Shown here piece by piece: positions 47,801 to 60,703 of a stretch of 64,000 nt of DNA (its first letter is position 1; each line of letters begins with the position of its first letter). The notes under the pieces are model-generated. The model saw only the letters and a list, made by a program, of their open reading frames with translations, was not told the origin of the DNA and made no database searches. A program made the position numbers and the translations under genes. The stretch comes from Schizochytrium sp. TIO01. Its lineage: Eukaryota; Protista; Bigyra: Labyrinthulomycetes. The stretch spans positions 2,356,001 to 2,420,000 of the forward strand of contig SMSO01000036.1 of NCBI GenBank assembly GCA_004764695.1, in the 5' to 3' direction.

Positions 47801-50800
47801 TAAGGTTTCATGCCTACGTGGAAAGTATATATCTTTTCGAGCGATTACACACTTCTTTCTTTCCACTTTTGGTTTCGGAAAGGTCACTGAAAGATGTTGC
47901 CTTCCAAAGAGCTCTTTTGTTTATTTGTTTGTTTGTTTGTTTGTTTGTTGTAGGTACCTATCACTCCATCTTTATGGGTTAATTGTTTTGTTAGAAAAGT
48001 AATATCTTCTTTTCTTCTGGCGAATCTAACTAATTCTGTTTCTTTTTAGTTTTCTTTTAAAAGTCTTTTTTAATTCAAAACTTAAGAACAAATAGATATA
48101 TTTTTTAACCAATTAGAGGATCAATTTATTTTATTAACAGGAATTAAATTCATGAGGCCGTTGTTGTTCCTTGAAAAGTTCAACACGACGATGCTCAAAC
48201 AATCTTCCACCGGCCCTACAACAAACTAACTAGCTTTGCACGAAAATTCACTGCGTTCGCGCCAGAGACTCTGCGGACTCTTCATTCTACATCAGGGCGA
48301 CGCCTTCGGCCGGCCCTTTTTAGGTTCTAAACTTGGAGTTATGCAGAAGCACACAGGCCTCCATTCCTCCATCTTAAACTGTGTAAGTGTCCCTCATTAA
48401 AAATTATTTGTTTATTGATTTGGTTTGAAAATTGTTGTTTTATCTTTTTATGTGATAGTGGTTTCCTGTTCTGTTTGTTTCTTCTTTAGTGTTAGGACTG
48501 AGGAAATAGAACGGAACAGCTCTTTAGTTGATTGAAGTGTCTCAGATTGATCTCTGAAGAGCGATCGAAGTCTGTGATGGCGTGGTGAAGAACTCTGCGA
48601 AGAATGGCATTAACTTTGAGAGTGTCGCAATGGCCGGCTTAGGTACATGCATGCCTGCCTGGGCGCCTACCTACCCACCATAGGCAGCGGCGCTAAACGC
48701 TGATTCATGCTGCACGGAGAGGAGTCCGGCACGAGCGAGGGAGGGCAATTGTTGCGGAGAGCTCGGTCTGCGCACACGTAAGAACCGCCGCAGGGATGGT
48801 CGCGTTCGGCAACCCCAGGAGCCACGGCGTTGCGTCAAAAAACACTCGCCGTCTCCGCCTTCAAGCCGGCTTGGCAGGTGGGTAGGTTGCTTGTGCTGCG
48901 AGTTCTTCAGCTCTACTGGCAGCTCGCCGTCAGGTCATCGAGGTCGGCAAGATCGTCGAGCACCTCGAAAACCTTGCCCTGAAAACCTTCCTTCCTGAGA
49001 TATCAACCAAACTGAGGCGTGGCAGTGTGTCTGCCTGCCTGTCTGAGTGTCATGCTCGAGAGTGTGATTGTGGAGAGAGCTCCGAGCAGAGAGACTGACT
49101 GCTCAGGCGAACAAGGTCCACGAGCATCTCAGCGGACTCAGCCACACGAAAGGTACCCGAGCTGAGGCAGCAATGGGTGTGTGTGCTACATTTTAACACA
49201 GATGCAACTAACTACAAAGAAGGCGGGCGCAGCCCATATTATGGGGAGGCGTATAGGGAGATTGGTAGTGAATGAGTGAATGAGTGAATGTGTTGATGAG
49301 TTGATGAGTTAATGAGTGAGCGGTGTAAGCACTGATCGTAAGCATTGGATTTGTAAGCAAGCGATAGACAGTCCTCTTCTACCTCAGCCTGCATCTTGTT
49401 TTGAGGATAGTAGTGTCACTCCACCCCCATTACGGGGCATGCTTGCTGACATTTGCAGAGGTTGGACGTGTAAAATTGCCTTGAGTCAAAAGAAGGCCGC
49501 AAGAGATTGTAGATGCAGAGAGGAAAAAAATTAAAAATTAATAAAAATTAAAATAAGCAGGTCCAGTCGGGATGTGAGCGTGCCCGCGTGTGCGTGTGGG
49601 AAAATAAAAGATTAAGTTTGGTTTATTATTATAGTCATGAATCCTCTCGTGCAATATTCAGCTTAGTTCTTTTTCAAAAGGTAGATATAACAGTTGTCGA
49701 AATCTTAAGCTGATTAAATTAGGAGTCAGTTGTTGCGGTTGTTGTTTTCCTAAGTCACCCAGAAACCTTTCAAGTGTAGTGAGCACTGTTAGCAATAGGG
49801 AATGCCACTGAGACTTCGTAATGCCTTATTTTCTTTTCCTGCAGTGATACTAAGGTTAATTAAAACAAAACCGTGAAAAACCAAAACATTACTTTATAAC
49901 GACTTTCTCTACTTTCTTCTTCTGTTTTATTTTGTGTAAGAAGAGAAACAATATAATTTAATTTGGCTAATATATACCGTGACCCTTACGTCTAATAAGT
50001 TTGCCCGCCTACTCGCTCTCTTTTCGACGGCTTGATCCCAATCATGCTAACAAGACAAACTTATTCACCTCTTCAGATTCCATGTTGAATCTTTTTGCTA
50101 AATAAATTTTCCCACACACAAATCTCACAGGTTTTACGAGTTAGCATGATAAAGATCTGAATTAAATATGGAACCCTACGATAGACATGGTTATGTAAAT
50201 CCTAGAGGCAATGGAATGGTTGGCGAGTCCCTCAGTTTCCAACCAAAAAAGGGTTCTAGGACGATGTAGCGAAGTAGTTATCTGATCCAAAAATTCAAGT
50301 TGTTTGCAATAATAGGGGCACTTTCAAATGTGCGGCATGCTGTTCTAAGCCTTCAGATTAAAAGGAAGTTAAAGATACGTTTCTGTTTCTTTTAAAACTA
50401 ATTTTCATTTCTCAGTCCGAGCAGATTTTATTAAAAGTTGTCTAGAAGTATTTACGTTGAGAAGTTCTTTTGAAAATGATATTTTTTGTGTTTTATCTCA
50501 TCATCATAACACATTTCAGAAACCTTAGTCTTTCTTTTAATGGGTTCTTTTCTCTCAAATTTGATTCACAATAGGTGAACGGTTTTGAACATGATTTCGC
50601 GCGCAAGAAGTCAAGCAGAAATGTTGTCAAAGTGTCAGTACTCGCGGCGGAAGTAAGAGTGATGGCTCAAATTTCAAATGCTGCACAATTATCTTCATAG
50701 CACGAGCAAAATTGGACTAAGACTCTTCATTTTGAACAAGAAGATCCATCATAATTCTTTTGTTTTAATTTTGTGTTACGCTACACTAGCTAAAATTTGA

Positions 50801-53800
50801 CTCTCCCTAGCTTTAGTATATATAAAGTATGCTTCTGTGGGGCTCTCTCATCGAATTGTAGAATCTATAAAAATACTCTCACCTAGAGTTCAACTGATGT
50901 CCGACGATACAGGCGGGTACTATGTGTTTTATTCTGGTCAGTTTGATTTTTTGCCATACAAATCATGAACAGATAGATCTCCATATAGAATATAATATTT
51001 TCTTCACAGTTTTATATGAATGCAAATCCGAAGGCACAGGTTTTTAATTGAACTACTACGAAAACTCGCGTCCCAGATCCAGCAAATAAGTTTGGCTTTT
51101 TATTTTTAAAACACAAAAGGAAATGTGGAGTGGAATGTGCGATGACGCAATCTGAAGAGACAAATATGACGATGACGAGCAAGTGACGACTCTGATAGAT
51201 TAGTATATGGTGTTAGTGCGTACGTGGAAAACCAATGGGAAATTCTATCATGGTACTCGAGAGTGTTCAGGTTGGATTGTGACCTCTGATCCGTGTTTAG
51301 ATCCAAGGCAAATGATATACATTTTCTTGGTGAACATATGAACGATACAGAGGTCAATTTTGAAAGGAAAAGTTACGTCGAATTTCGCTTTTGCAGATTG
51401 AATCTGAGGTGACTGATTTCGAAATTAAAATGCACAGATGATTCTTGTATTGTTAAATTGCAAACTCGTATAAGTATATTAGATTTGTCAAAAATGACAG
51501 CGAATAATATATTGGGTTCATTGACTTTGAGACTTGTTTTGCAGAAGTCGGGACTAAATTTCTAGAGATGACACCCATTGTACACAAGGCTAGTCACAGA
51601 AATTTGGCTCTATACTATCAATATACACCACAAAGATTCAAGCAGCGTTATTAGAATACGGAATTCGAGTCACTGGATTATGATGTATGTAGCTATTTAC
51701 AACTCATTCCCTCAAGCCCTCTTGCTCAAAAAGAAATAGATTGCAAAGATTGCTTTTAACTGCATCGTGAGGCGCCAATCCAATCTGGCCGTTCAGGCCT
51801 TATGGCGTAGCTAAAATCGTCCAGGTTCCTTTCTTTCAAACAGCTCACGCCACCACCAGGTGGAAGGTACCTACCATGTCGACACTTTTCTTTTTTGTTT
51901 TATTGTTTGTTTGTTATTTTAATTAAATAATCATAACAAAAACCAAGCCTTGATTATATAGCAGGTTTCTAAGAACACCTCCCTATGTTGGTAAATGAGT
52001 TTTTGACGAGCAGCTCTTTCTACCATCAATGTTTTGGTAGGATGGCCTCCGTTCTCAATAGTGCGATGATGCTGATGATGATCATCATAAAGATCGCCAA
52101 TAGATCAAGCTTAGATTTCCCTCTCACTTTTGCAGCTTGCTCGCTTGCTTGTTGCACTTGGCAACTAACAAAGTGGTGGTGGAAGGAGGTAATCTTCGAA
52201 GCCTTCCTAGTAACCTGCTGAGCAAAGCACAGCGGTGCAAAATGTGTTTCCATCCATTGTTCCCGCGCATACAAAGCCCATGTGAGAGAACCATTATGGT
52301 AAATACACGTAATTGCTCCGCAAAGAGGGAGCACAGTCACAGTCCTGTGTTTGCACCTCGCACGACACCACTCGAGCGGGGCTAAAGCGGGCGAGAAGAG
52401 TTTCCGAGCGGCGAGGCCACCGCCGCCGACATTCTTTACAATTCCAACTTCTTTCGGTGGTCATCCTTGGAAGCAAATCGCCACCGCGGCTCCTCGGCGC
52501 TCACTGCCTCCACACGAAACAGTCTCGAGGCCCGGCATGAGTCTGCCCGCTCGTTCTGAGTGCTGTCATAATCGCAGCCTTCGCAGCTTGGACTTAAATC
52601 AGTCCAAGCAAGCTTGAAATCGCAACAGCAGTTCATGAGTGCGTGAGCGTATGAATGAATGAATAAATGAATGAATGAATGAACGAATGAATGAACGAAT
52701 GAGAGCGAGTGCCTTTGTCTGCGATGTGCACTCCATTCATGCGGTCGAGCGATCGATTGAGCGAAATGAGAGGACCCATAAACATGGGTAACCAAGCTCA
52801 CTCCCCTTAAGGATTTCATCGAGGAGGTTGACACGCGACATGACGACTCGGACGACGGGTGGCGAATTCGTCCGCCTCGCACGCTCAATCGCACGCCGAT
52901 CAAGACTGGCTGGCCCCTCTTCCTGTTCCCCAGCACCGCAGTCTCGAGCGATCGATCAATCATCTATTCGTTCGTTCATGATGATTATGCGGAGCCGCTC
53001 GCCTTGCTCCGGAGCCATGCAAAGCAGCCCTCTCAGGCTAGAGCACAGATGACCACCAGCTAGCCCTCTCGCTAGAGAATACAGTAGGGACTCCCACTGT
53101 GTGTCTGTCATCGCCACAGAAGTGGCAGAACACTCAACGCCGTTTTCTCGCCAAAGTATCGATCATCAAGGGGTAGAACCTGAAGTAGCAAAACCCTAGG
53201 ACTGGTTCTCGCCGGTGCTCTTTTTCAGAGCAAATATCAAGCGGCGAGTGCTAAGGTTTGTGGTAAGGGCGCCCCCTACCTCCGCCGTTCTCTCTCTCCC
53301 CGCCTCTTCAGTTCTCTTCGAGAGGTGCTGTTTCCATTTAATACGTACCTTTTAATCACTTGCGTACCTTCTGTTTGAAGAAGGGGTGAAGGGGTAGGCA
53401 AAAGCTGATGATTCCAGCTCGATCGAGTTCGTTGACTCAAGTTCATCGAGTGGGGCTCCTGATCAGCATGCATGGGTGTAGCAGATAGAAACACATCTAC
53501 ATTTATAGACTTTGGCATGCATCATTTATATATATATTTATGTATATGTGGATTGGTTTGGCTTTGGGAAGTGGACTTGGACTGCTGAGTGACCTTAGAT
53601 GATGAGCGAGGATGATTTGCAATTCAAGTTGTGGGAGCAAGTGGGTCACTCTCAAACCGCTAGTGCCTGGAGTAAAGAACGGTACTACAGGAGTCCCACC
53701 CACTTTTAAAGTTGGAAAGGCCCTCAGCTGACTCGAAGTGATTAAGATGATGAATCAAGGAAACAAGAGCAAGATTTGCATTTCGAGTTCGCCTCAATCA

Positions 53801-56800
53801 AGAGACACTTAAGCCGCGTGGCACTTATATAACGCTGGCTGAGAGTGATGGATGCCAGGAGATTCGAGACGTAAGATCGAAGAGTGGAAGCTTGCCAGCT
53901 GGAGCTTTGAGCATTACCTGCTAGCAACTGAACGGCGTGGGTTTAGATAAAACCTTCTCCGAGACCAAGCTTCAAAGGTTTCCCACGTTATTCACTCCAT
54001 TCATTCAGTTACATACACTGTCAGAAAACTTGATATGTTGAAATTTAGTTTCAAGTTGTAAAATATGTTTTGTTTTATTCTTAACTAAAACTATTTTAAC
54101 ATAAAGAATATTTAAACGGGGCTGACACCGTGTCCGGTATTCCCTGGAAAAGATTGAATGAAAAGATAGTCAGAATTCAAGATCACTCACTCATTCACTG
54201 TATGTATGTATGATCGCCACGTTGAATACGGACGAAGCAGAGTCCTTTGCAATCAGTGTTCTCTCTGATTCGGCCCGATCCCGCTCAGCTTGAAGTGGCC
54301 GCAACCCTCCCGAAGCTCTGAAGCTCTTGGGTACGTATATATGTGTATATTTATCTAAATCATATCTACATGTATTCAGGAGCGGTTTTTGAGCTGGCAG
54401 TTCGCTCGCACCTTTGCGAGAAATGAGAGAACCATCCATACACACCACCATCTTTGGGGCCGAGATTCAAGTTCCTTGCGAAGACACCGCCTTCATAGGA
54501 AGAATGAAGAAGACTGAAGAGTGCACGAACAAGCGAATCAACGCCAGGTGAGTCATAAGTCGATAGATAATTTGCTCGCGAGGCAGCATTCAACAGAGTG
54601 TGATGCGTAGTCGTTGTAATTGTTTGTAGATAGCGCAGGACTTTCTCTCTTTGCATATCTGTGCACATACATACATATATACATACAATATATACAAATA
54701 TACATACATACATATATACATATATACATGGATAGATTCATGTATGGGTTGGAGCAAGTCACTGCATCTGCAGAAACCGCAAACCTCACGCGGCACGCTC
54801 GAGCTGAATGGAATTGAAACCAAACAGAACTGGGCCAAAGCGGACCTGGAGAAACCTGAAGAGCATGCATGCCAGCAGCACCGAAGTTACAACTTGGTTG
54901 GAATCCATACTTACATCCATCCATACATACATACATACATTCCTACATTCCTACATTCATTCACTCTCTTGAAATCATACGTTCGCGCAAATCTTTCGAA
55001 ATACCACAGAAGAGCGAATTCAAGATCCTCAGCCACGGCCTCAACTCCAAGCTCTGGCCGCTCTTCGCAGTGGGTTGATTGCTCTGCCGAGACCGATGCA
55101 TCCTCGCTGTCCAAATCAGGCCTTCAACAGCAGGTTCGCAAAATTGCAAAATTGCAAACTTGCAATTGATTCATTGATTTGTTGAGCTTCTTTGTTTTGC
55201 ACCGGAAGCTGCGGTGGAAGCCAACTTGAGAACGCGTGTACGGCGTTTCTGTTGTCCCTGTTTCTGCTGGCTGACGTCAGCGAGCGCTCGGTAGGAGTGC
55301 TAGGCGAAAGCGGTAGCCACAGAGTAGCTTGAGGGCCCCGTGGTTCGGCTGATTGATCGAAAGGATTTTTATTTAGTTTACTGTTTCATTTCAAGTTCTT
55401 GTTTTTTTGATCATGTATGTATTTTTTACAGTTTTGTTTTTAGTATTAAAATTTAATGTAAAGTAAATAATTGAGATTTTTGGAATTTAATGGTAATGAA
55501 AATAAAAAAGGGGACGAAAGGAGCCGAGATCTTTCTTTGGCGCAGACTCACAACAGAAGACGTGGAAAAGGGAGCGCTAGAAAGGATTCAACGAGGCGAC
55601 CAAAGAGTGTGCTCGGCCATCCTGCTCTCCCTCTCTCTTAGTGGCTGAGTGGCCATCACTCAGTTTATCTTCATTCTCTCCCAAATGCAATTTACATTCC
55701 ATCTTTTAATTTTAATTTTAACTGTAAAGATTAATTCTATTTATTTATTTATTTATTTGCTTATTTGTTTGTTTAGTTTGTTATGTAAGATTAAAATGAT
55801 ATAACATCATATCATACTTTTTAATGATTTTTATAACCAAACATGACAAACCTAAATCTGAAAGGATGATGAAAAGGTGTTCTCTCTCGTGGGTTCCTTT
55901 CTAAGTTTGACCAATCGAACCTGCGCATAGCAAGATAACAAACAGATATTAAATAAATAATCAACTAATTGAATACGTAAATAAATCGTGATAAACAAAC
56001 AAACAAATAAATAAATGTCCGTCGCTCTTACCTCTTTGTTTTAAAGTTTTCTTTTAAAATTAAAACAATAAAAACAATAAAAAACAATAAAAACTAACAA
56101 AGTCGCAGGACGAGGCTGCGAGAAAAGGTCGCTTTCCTCGTCTCGCACGGCGTCAAGATCGGCGCCGGCGAGGCCCCGGGCTGAGCCCTGGTCCACCGGC
56201 GGCTCTTCGAGGAGCCCGGCAGGCCCGCCGCTCGCAGCCGCAGCCAGCGCAGGCACAGACCACCCACCGCTCGCTACGCTCTCGCGCGCAGGCACAGCCG
56301 GGCGCTCGATACGTTCTGACGACGAACTCACTTACTTACTTACTTATCTGTACTCACTCACTCAGAAAGAAAAGGCGCGAACTCGCTCAGCAGAAGAACA
56401 GAACGAGAAAAGAACGGGAGGGCGGCGCAACCCTTTTCTGGGACGAATGGGTTCTGGTGAAGTCCCAAGATGAGGTGCCGTGCATGCCATCCCATACGTA
56501 GGACCTAACGGGGAAGCGAGATAGCGAGATAGCGAGCAAGGGAATGGAGACGCGTGTATTGAGGCGCGAGTATGGCGGCTGGCGAGAAGGCGAGGGAACG
56601 AACGAAAAGACAATGCGAAGCTAGAAACAGGGGCAGAGATTGAGGAGATAACTAAGGTTGCATGGGGAAAGGTAAATGTATGTGAGTTGTGGATGCGGTC
56701 GTTGTTCTTGTTGCTGAGTTTTGGATGATATCTGGCCAAAGTAGACTCATTTCGAGAAAAAGTTTGAGGTTGGTTTTTTCCGAGAAAGGTTGTACTTTGG

Positions 56801-57545
56801 AACGGACTATTTCAATGAGTACCTTGGCCAACCCTGTGCTCGTATCGAGCACGTCTTTTGTGTATATCGACAAACTATTGTTTTAAAAGTATTGTAATCA
56901 TTATCAATTTAGTTTCAGCTCTTGAAACGTTGAACCCTCTCTCTCTCTCTCTCTTTGTTGTTCGGACTTTCTTATTCGCGTGCTCTATCTAATTCCTCGC
57001 CGCAACCTATTGTCAAAGTAAATACGTCTAAGAAAGCCTTGTTTATTTTGTTGATATTGTTTGAAATAATATAGAGTTCACGCAAGCAAGATGCCAATGA
57101 ACGCACATAAAGATGCCAAGTATACATATCTTGGCTAGAAAGGGTGATATTGTTATGCACGTATTGATCCGCTGATGCTCCGAGATACTGGCATAGAGTC
57201 TGCGCATCCACGATTGCAGCCCGTTTTTACAAATGACAATGATCTTGCCTTTGCTACAAACAATCAATACATGATCTTTACAATACAGAGGTCTTGATTG
57301 AAGTAAGATATCTTTGGACCCATTTTTATTTATTTTTTAAGAGTGATTCTAGAACTTTACAATTATATACGCACATTGGCATGTATCGTTTGAGAGTGGC
57401 TGGAAATCTCTGACGACAAGGACTATGCGAGCAAGCCATTGTTAGAGTTCACAAATTCATTCGATTGTTGACTTACAATCTGCGTTAGTGCCACACATGA
57501 GAACTCCTGAAATACCTGATCTTTCTTCTTTGGTTGTGATGTCTT

Positions 57546-57583
<38 letters not shown>

Positions 57584-60500
57584 GTTTTTCGCTGCTGGAG
57601 CTTGCGATTAATATATTATAATTTCAACCTGGATTCACATCACCAGTTCAATATTCAACTCTGCATAAGTAAACGATGTAAATCACAACAAAAGGCTTAA
57701 AGTCATCTCACTTTCTTTCTAAGTATTTGCAGTCATAATCTTGCCGATGAACTTTTCAAAATACGAATATGCTGATCTTTTACATGTAAAACCTGATTCA
57801 TTGGGCCACCATGTCACAGTCTCCGTTTAAGAGGCTCTTGGCAGCAATAAATTATGCTCCCTTATAAGAAGTTTGAATGTTCATGCTTCGTTTTACGCTG
57901 GCATATGCCGGTAGTAGACTTTTTTGGTGTTGGAAACCTTGCAAAATTCAAGTAGAAAGAAATTTTGTGTAGAATTCATTAACAAGAACCTGATCTTCAG
58001 CAGGTTTGATTCATTAGCTTACCTTTTTGTCCATTACATCATGGTGCTTGTTTAACTTTGTGCACGTTTAAACCAGGATGTTAAAGCCTAATATGAGTCA
58101 GATTTCAATTTTCTCTTTTATAATCAACCAAAAGATTGTCCCTGGGCCCTTTTCAGCAGTGGTGAACATCCTTTGTCCATTCCTTACGACAACTAGCACC
58201 ATGTTTCAAGTATCGTCTCTTGAAGATGGTGCTTTCTGTCCTTTACCTTATGTCCTGTGGCTCAAAGCCCCGGTAGAACTCAGCTGCTCAATGCATGAAG
58301 CTTATTTATAACCCAAGAATACAAATTTGACTTTGCTTCGAATCATCAGGGTAACTGAACAGTATGATATGTGTTTCGATGTTGGATAGTCCAGGAGAAA
58401 ATGGAATGCTGCATTGTGAAGCAAGATCCAACTTTGGTGATAACTCACTGTATAGATGTTCAGAGAGATGCGCATTTCGATGAATAGTTTCCCAACATAC
58501 CTGGCCTCACCCTAACGTATGACACCATAATATACTGTACCATGATTGCTCAAACCATGCTAAAGCGTGATTTAGTTCGTATTGACATGAACCTTCAGAC
58601 ATCATTTTTCATTTGAAACGAGCTTCATATATTTGAAAAACACAAGATTGTCAGTCATTAGCCTCAGAACGAGCTAGCAATAGCCCTAGTATTTAGTTTG
58701 TTGCGGATACAGGTTTGCTTAAACGAGAAATCTGAAAGAATCCATTCATGCTATCTGAGCATTCAGCGCTTCTTACGTCAAACGAACCCCGTAACGAAGC
58801 AAGTTTGCAGTATATGTCCATCAATACATTATAATGAACTTATGGATGCAGTCCTTCGCACCTATCTTCAAGCGTAGAGCGCAGTATTAAAGCTTCTTTT
58901 ATTCACCTAGAAGAAGCAAGTATGCAAATATTTAACGTCATGTAGATGTGTTGTTCCAACCAAGAAACGAGGCAAGTAGATGCATCTGACATATTCAATG
59001 AAAGATTGTCTCCATCTGGTGCTTGGTTCTTTTCACTTTTGCTACAGGTCAAAAGATTTTCTCAAGTGCATGCCTCCACCGGATATCACTCTGTTATGAG
59101 TCAATAAGAGTATTGTCTAGCTTGGCTTGAGAAAGTTTTTGTTCTCTTCTTAATACCAATGCATTAAGCTTTTGTCAGTTTGTCCTCCCTCGATTTTTGT
59201 TTTTGTTTTTGTATAATAAAATAATAAGAGAAGTGCATCACCGGTCATTCCCACGACAGCAGTCATAAAGGTTGTATTTCTTTAAGAAAGTCGAACAACA
59301 AAATATCACCAATCCGATCAAAGTCCACCTATATTCGCAAAAACACCTTTTTTTCCAAATCTTGGTAGATACCCTTGATAACGTACTCTTCCCTCCCTTT
59401 AAAGATCCTTGCCAAATCACAACACGTGAAAAGAGATGCTCAGAGACCAATTAGCTTAAGCAAACTATAAACAGGATGATGCTAATGAAGCATCAAAATC
59501 CAACATTAACAAGTCGTCACGATGAAGTATCCTGCATGCGTTGCCAATCCTTCTTTGTCTCATCTCTGGATAGCGTCTTTCCTTTATGAAAGTGAGATCG
59601 CCAAAGATAGATCCATTTACCACCCGCTAAACCGGTACTCTGGAGGAGAATGAATCCCAAGGACCAGCGAGAGTCCACTGTCAGACCCCTTGCCCCACCC
59701 AAGCTTTTAATGACACCACCACCAACACTATCGACCTTGAGTGACAATTCCCATCCACCGCTCTCGACTTGAGCAAGTAGTAGCACCCTTTGCACACTAC
59801 TCTAGCTCGTGTGTATGTACTCCACTGCTTGTAGGTAAGTGCCACCCGTGCACCGTAGCACATTCGAATCCGGCCAACGTGATCTCGGGGCCCCGAAGTC
59901 ACCAAAACGAAACTGGGTTCCGCAATCAAAGGACGGTTATAGCGAAAACAACAACAACAACAATAAACAAACACCCCAACAAAAAGAAAGAACAGCGGAA
60001 TAGAACGCTCAGAGAACAGAGCTCCGGCTCGATGAGAATGCACCGCAGAAAGTAAGCAAATCAAAGGGATTGTCATTGGTCGGTTTGCAGAGAGCGGTGC
60101 TCGCAACCTGCGCAGCCGCTGGCCTCGAGATGATCTGCGTGGACTCTGGGCAGCGCTGAGGAGCGCAGCGAAGAAGAAGCAGCAGCAGATCAGAGTCTTC
60201 TTCTAAGGAAAGGCGCTTCGAAGAGATGAAGAAGTGGAAAGAACACCTGGCATGGCGCCTAAGAGTGTCCTATCCGTCGCTAGGACCCCGTATTATAAAC
60301 AAGAACACATTGCAGTCAGTACCTCGGCAGCTGAAGAAAGGAGGAATCAATCGACCATTCGACGCGCAGGACAGGCGAGGACACGTCGAGGCCAGGCAAA
60401 GGGGGGCTGAGGCTCTGCCGCGGTTTTGGGGAGTGATCAGGACAGACGGCATTGCCTGGCTCGAAATGAAGATGAAGCATCGATTGATGGAATGGAGACT

Positions 60501-60703
60501 GATGAGGGTCCTATTGACTGTTAGGGGGCTTAGCGGAAACTCCGAAGTTGGGGAAATGAGATCAAAGCAGATGAATTGAAGAGAAGAGACTGAGACAGAC
60601 CTAGAACCAAAGTCCTCTTGCGGGAAGAGGCTGGCGAGCTCGGAGCGTGCAGGCACGGAGCGAGGCACGGAGCGAGACAGGGTTGTTGCTGCAATAAGCC
60701 ATC

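Noticed and set aside
48930-49010. Short codon-biased stretch (QVIEVGKIVEHLENLALK / KVFEVLDDLADLDDL)
   Set aside because: About 25 codons, readable on either strand, with no start or homology cue.
53071-53200. TPP riboswitch-like words (agagaatac, gaacctga, taggga)
   Set aside because: Elements are in the wrong order and spacing, CTGAGA is absent, and no thiamine gene is adjacent.
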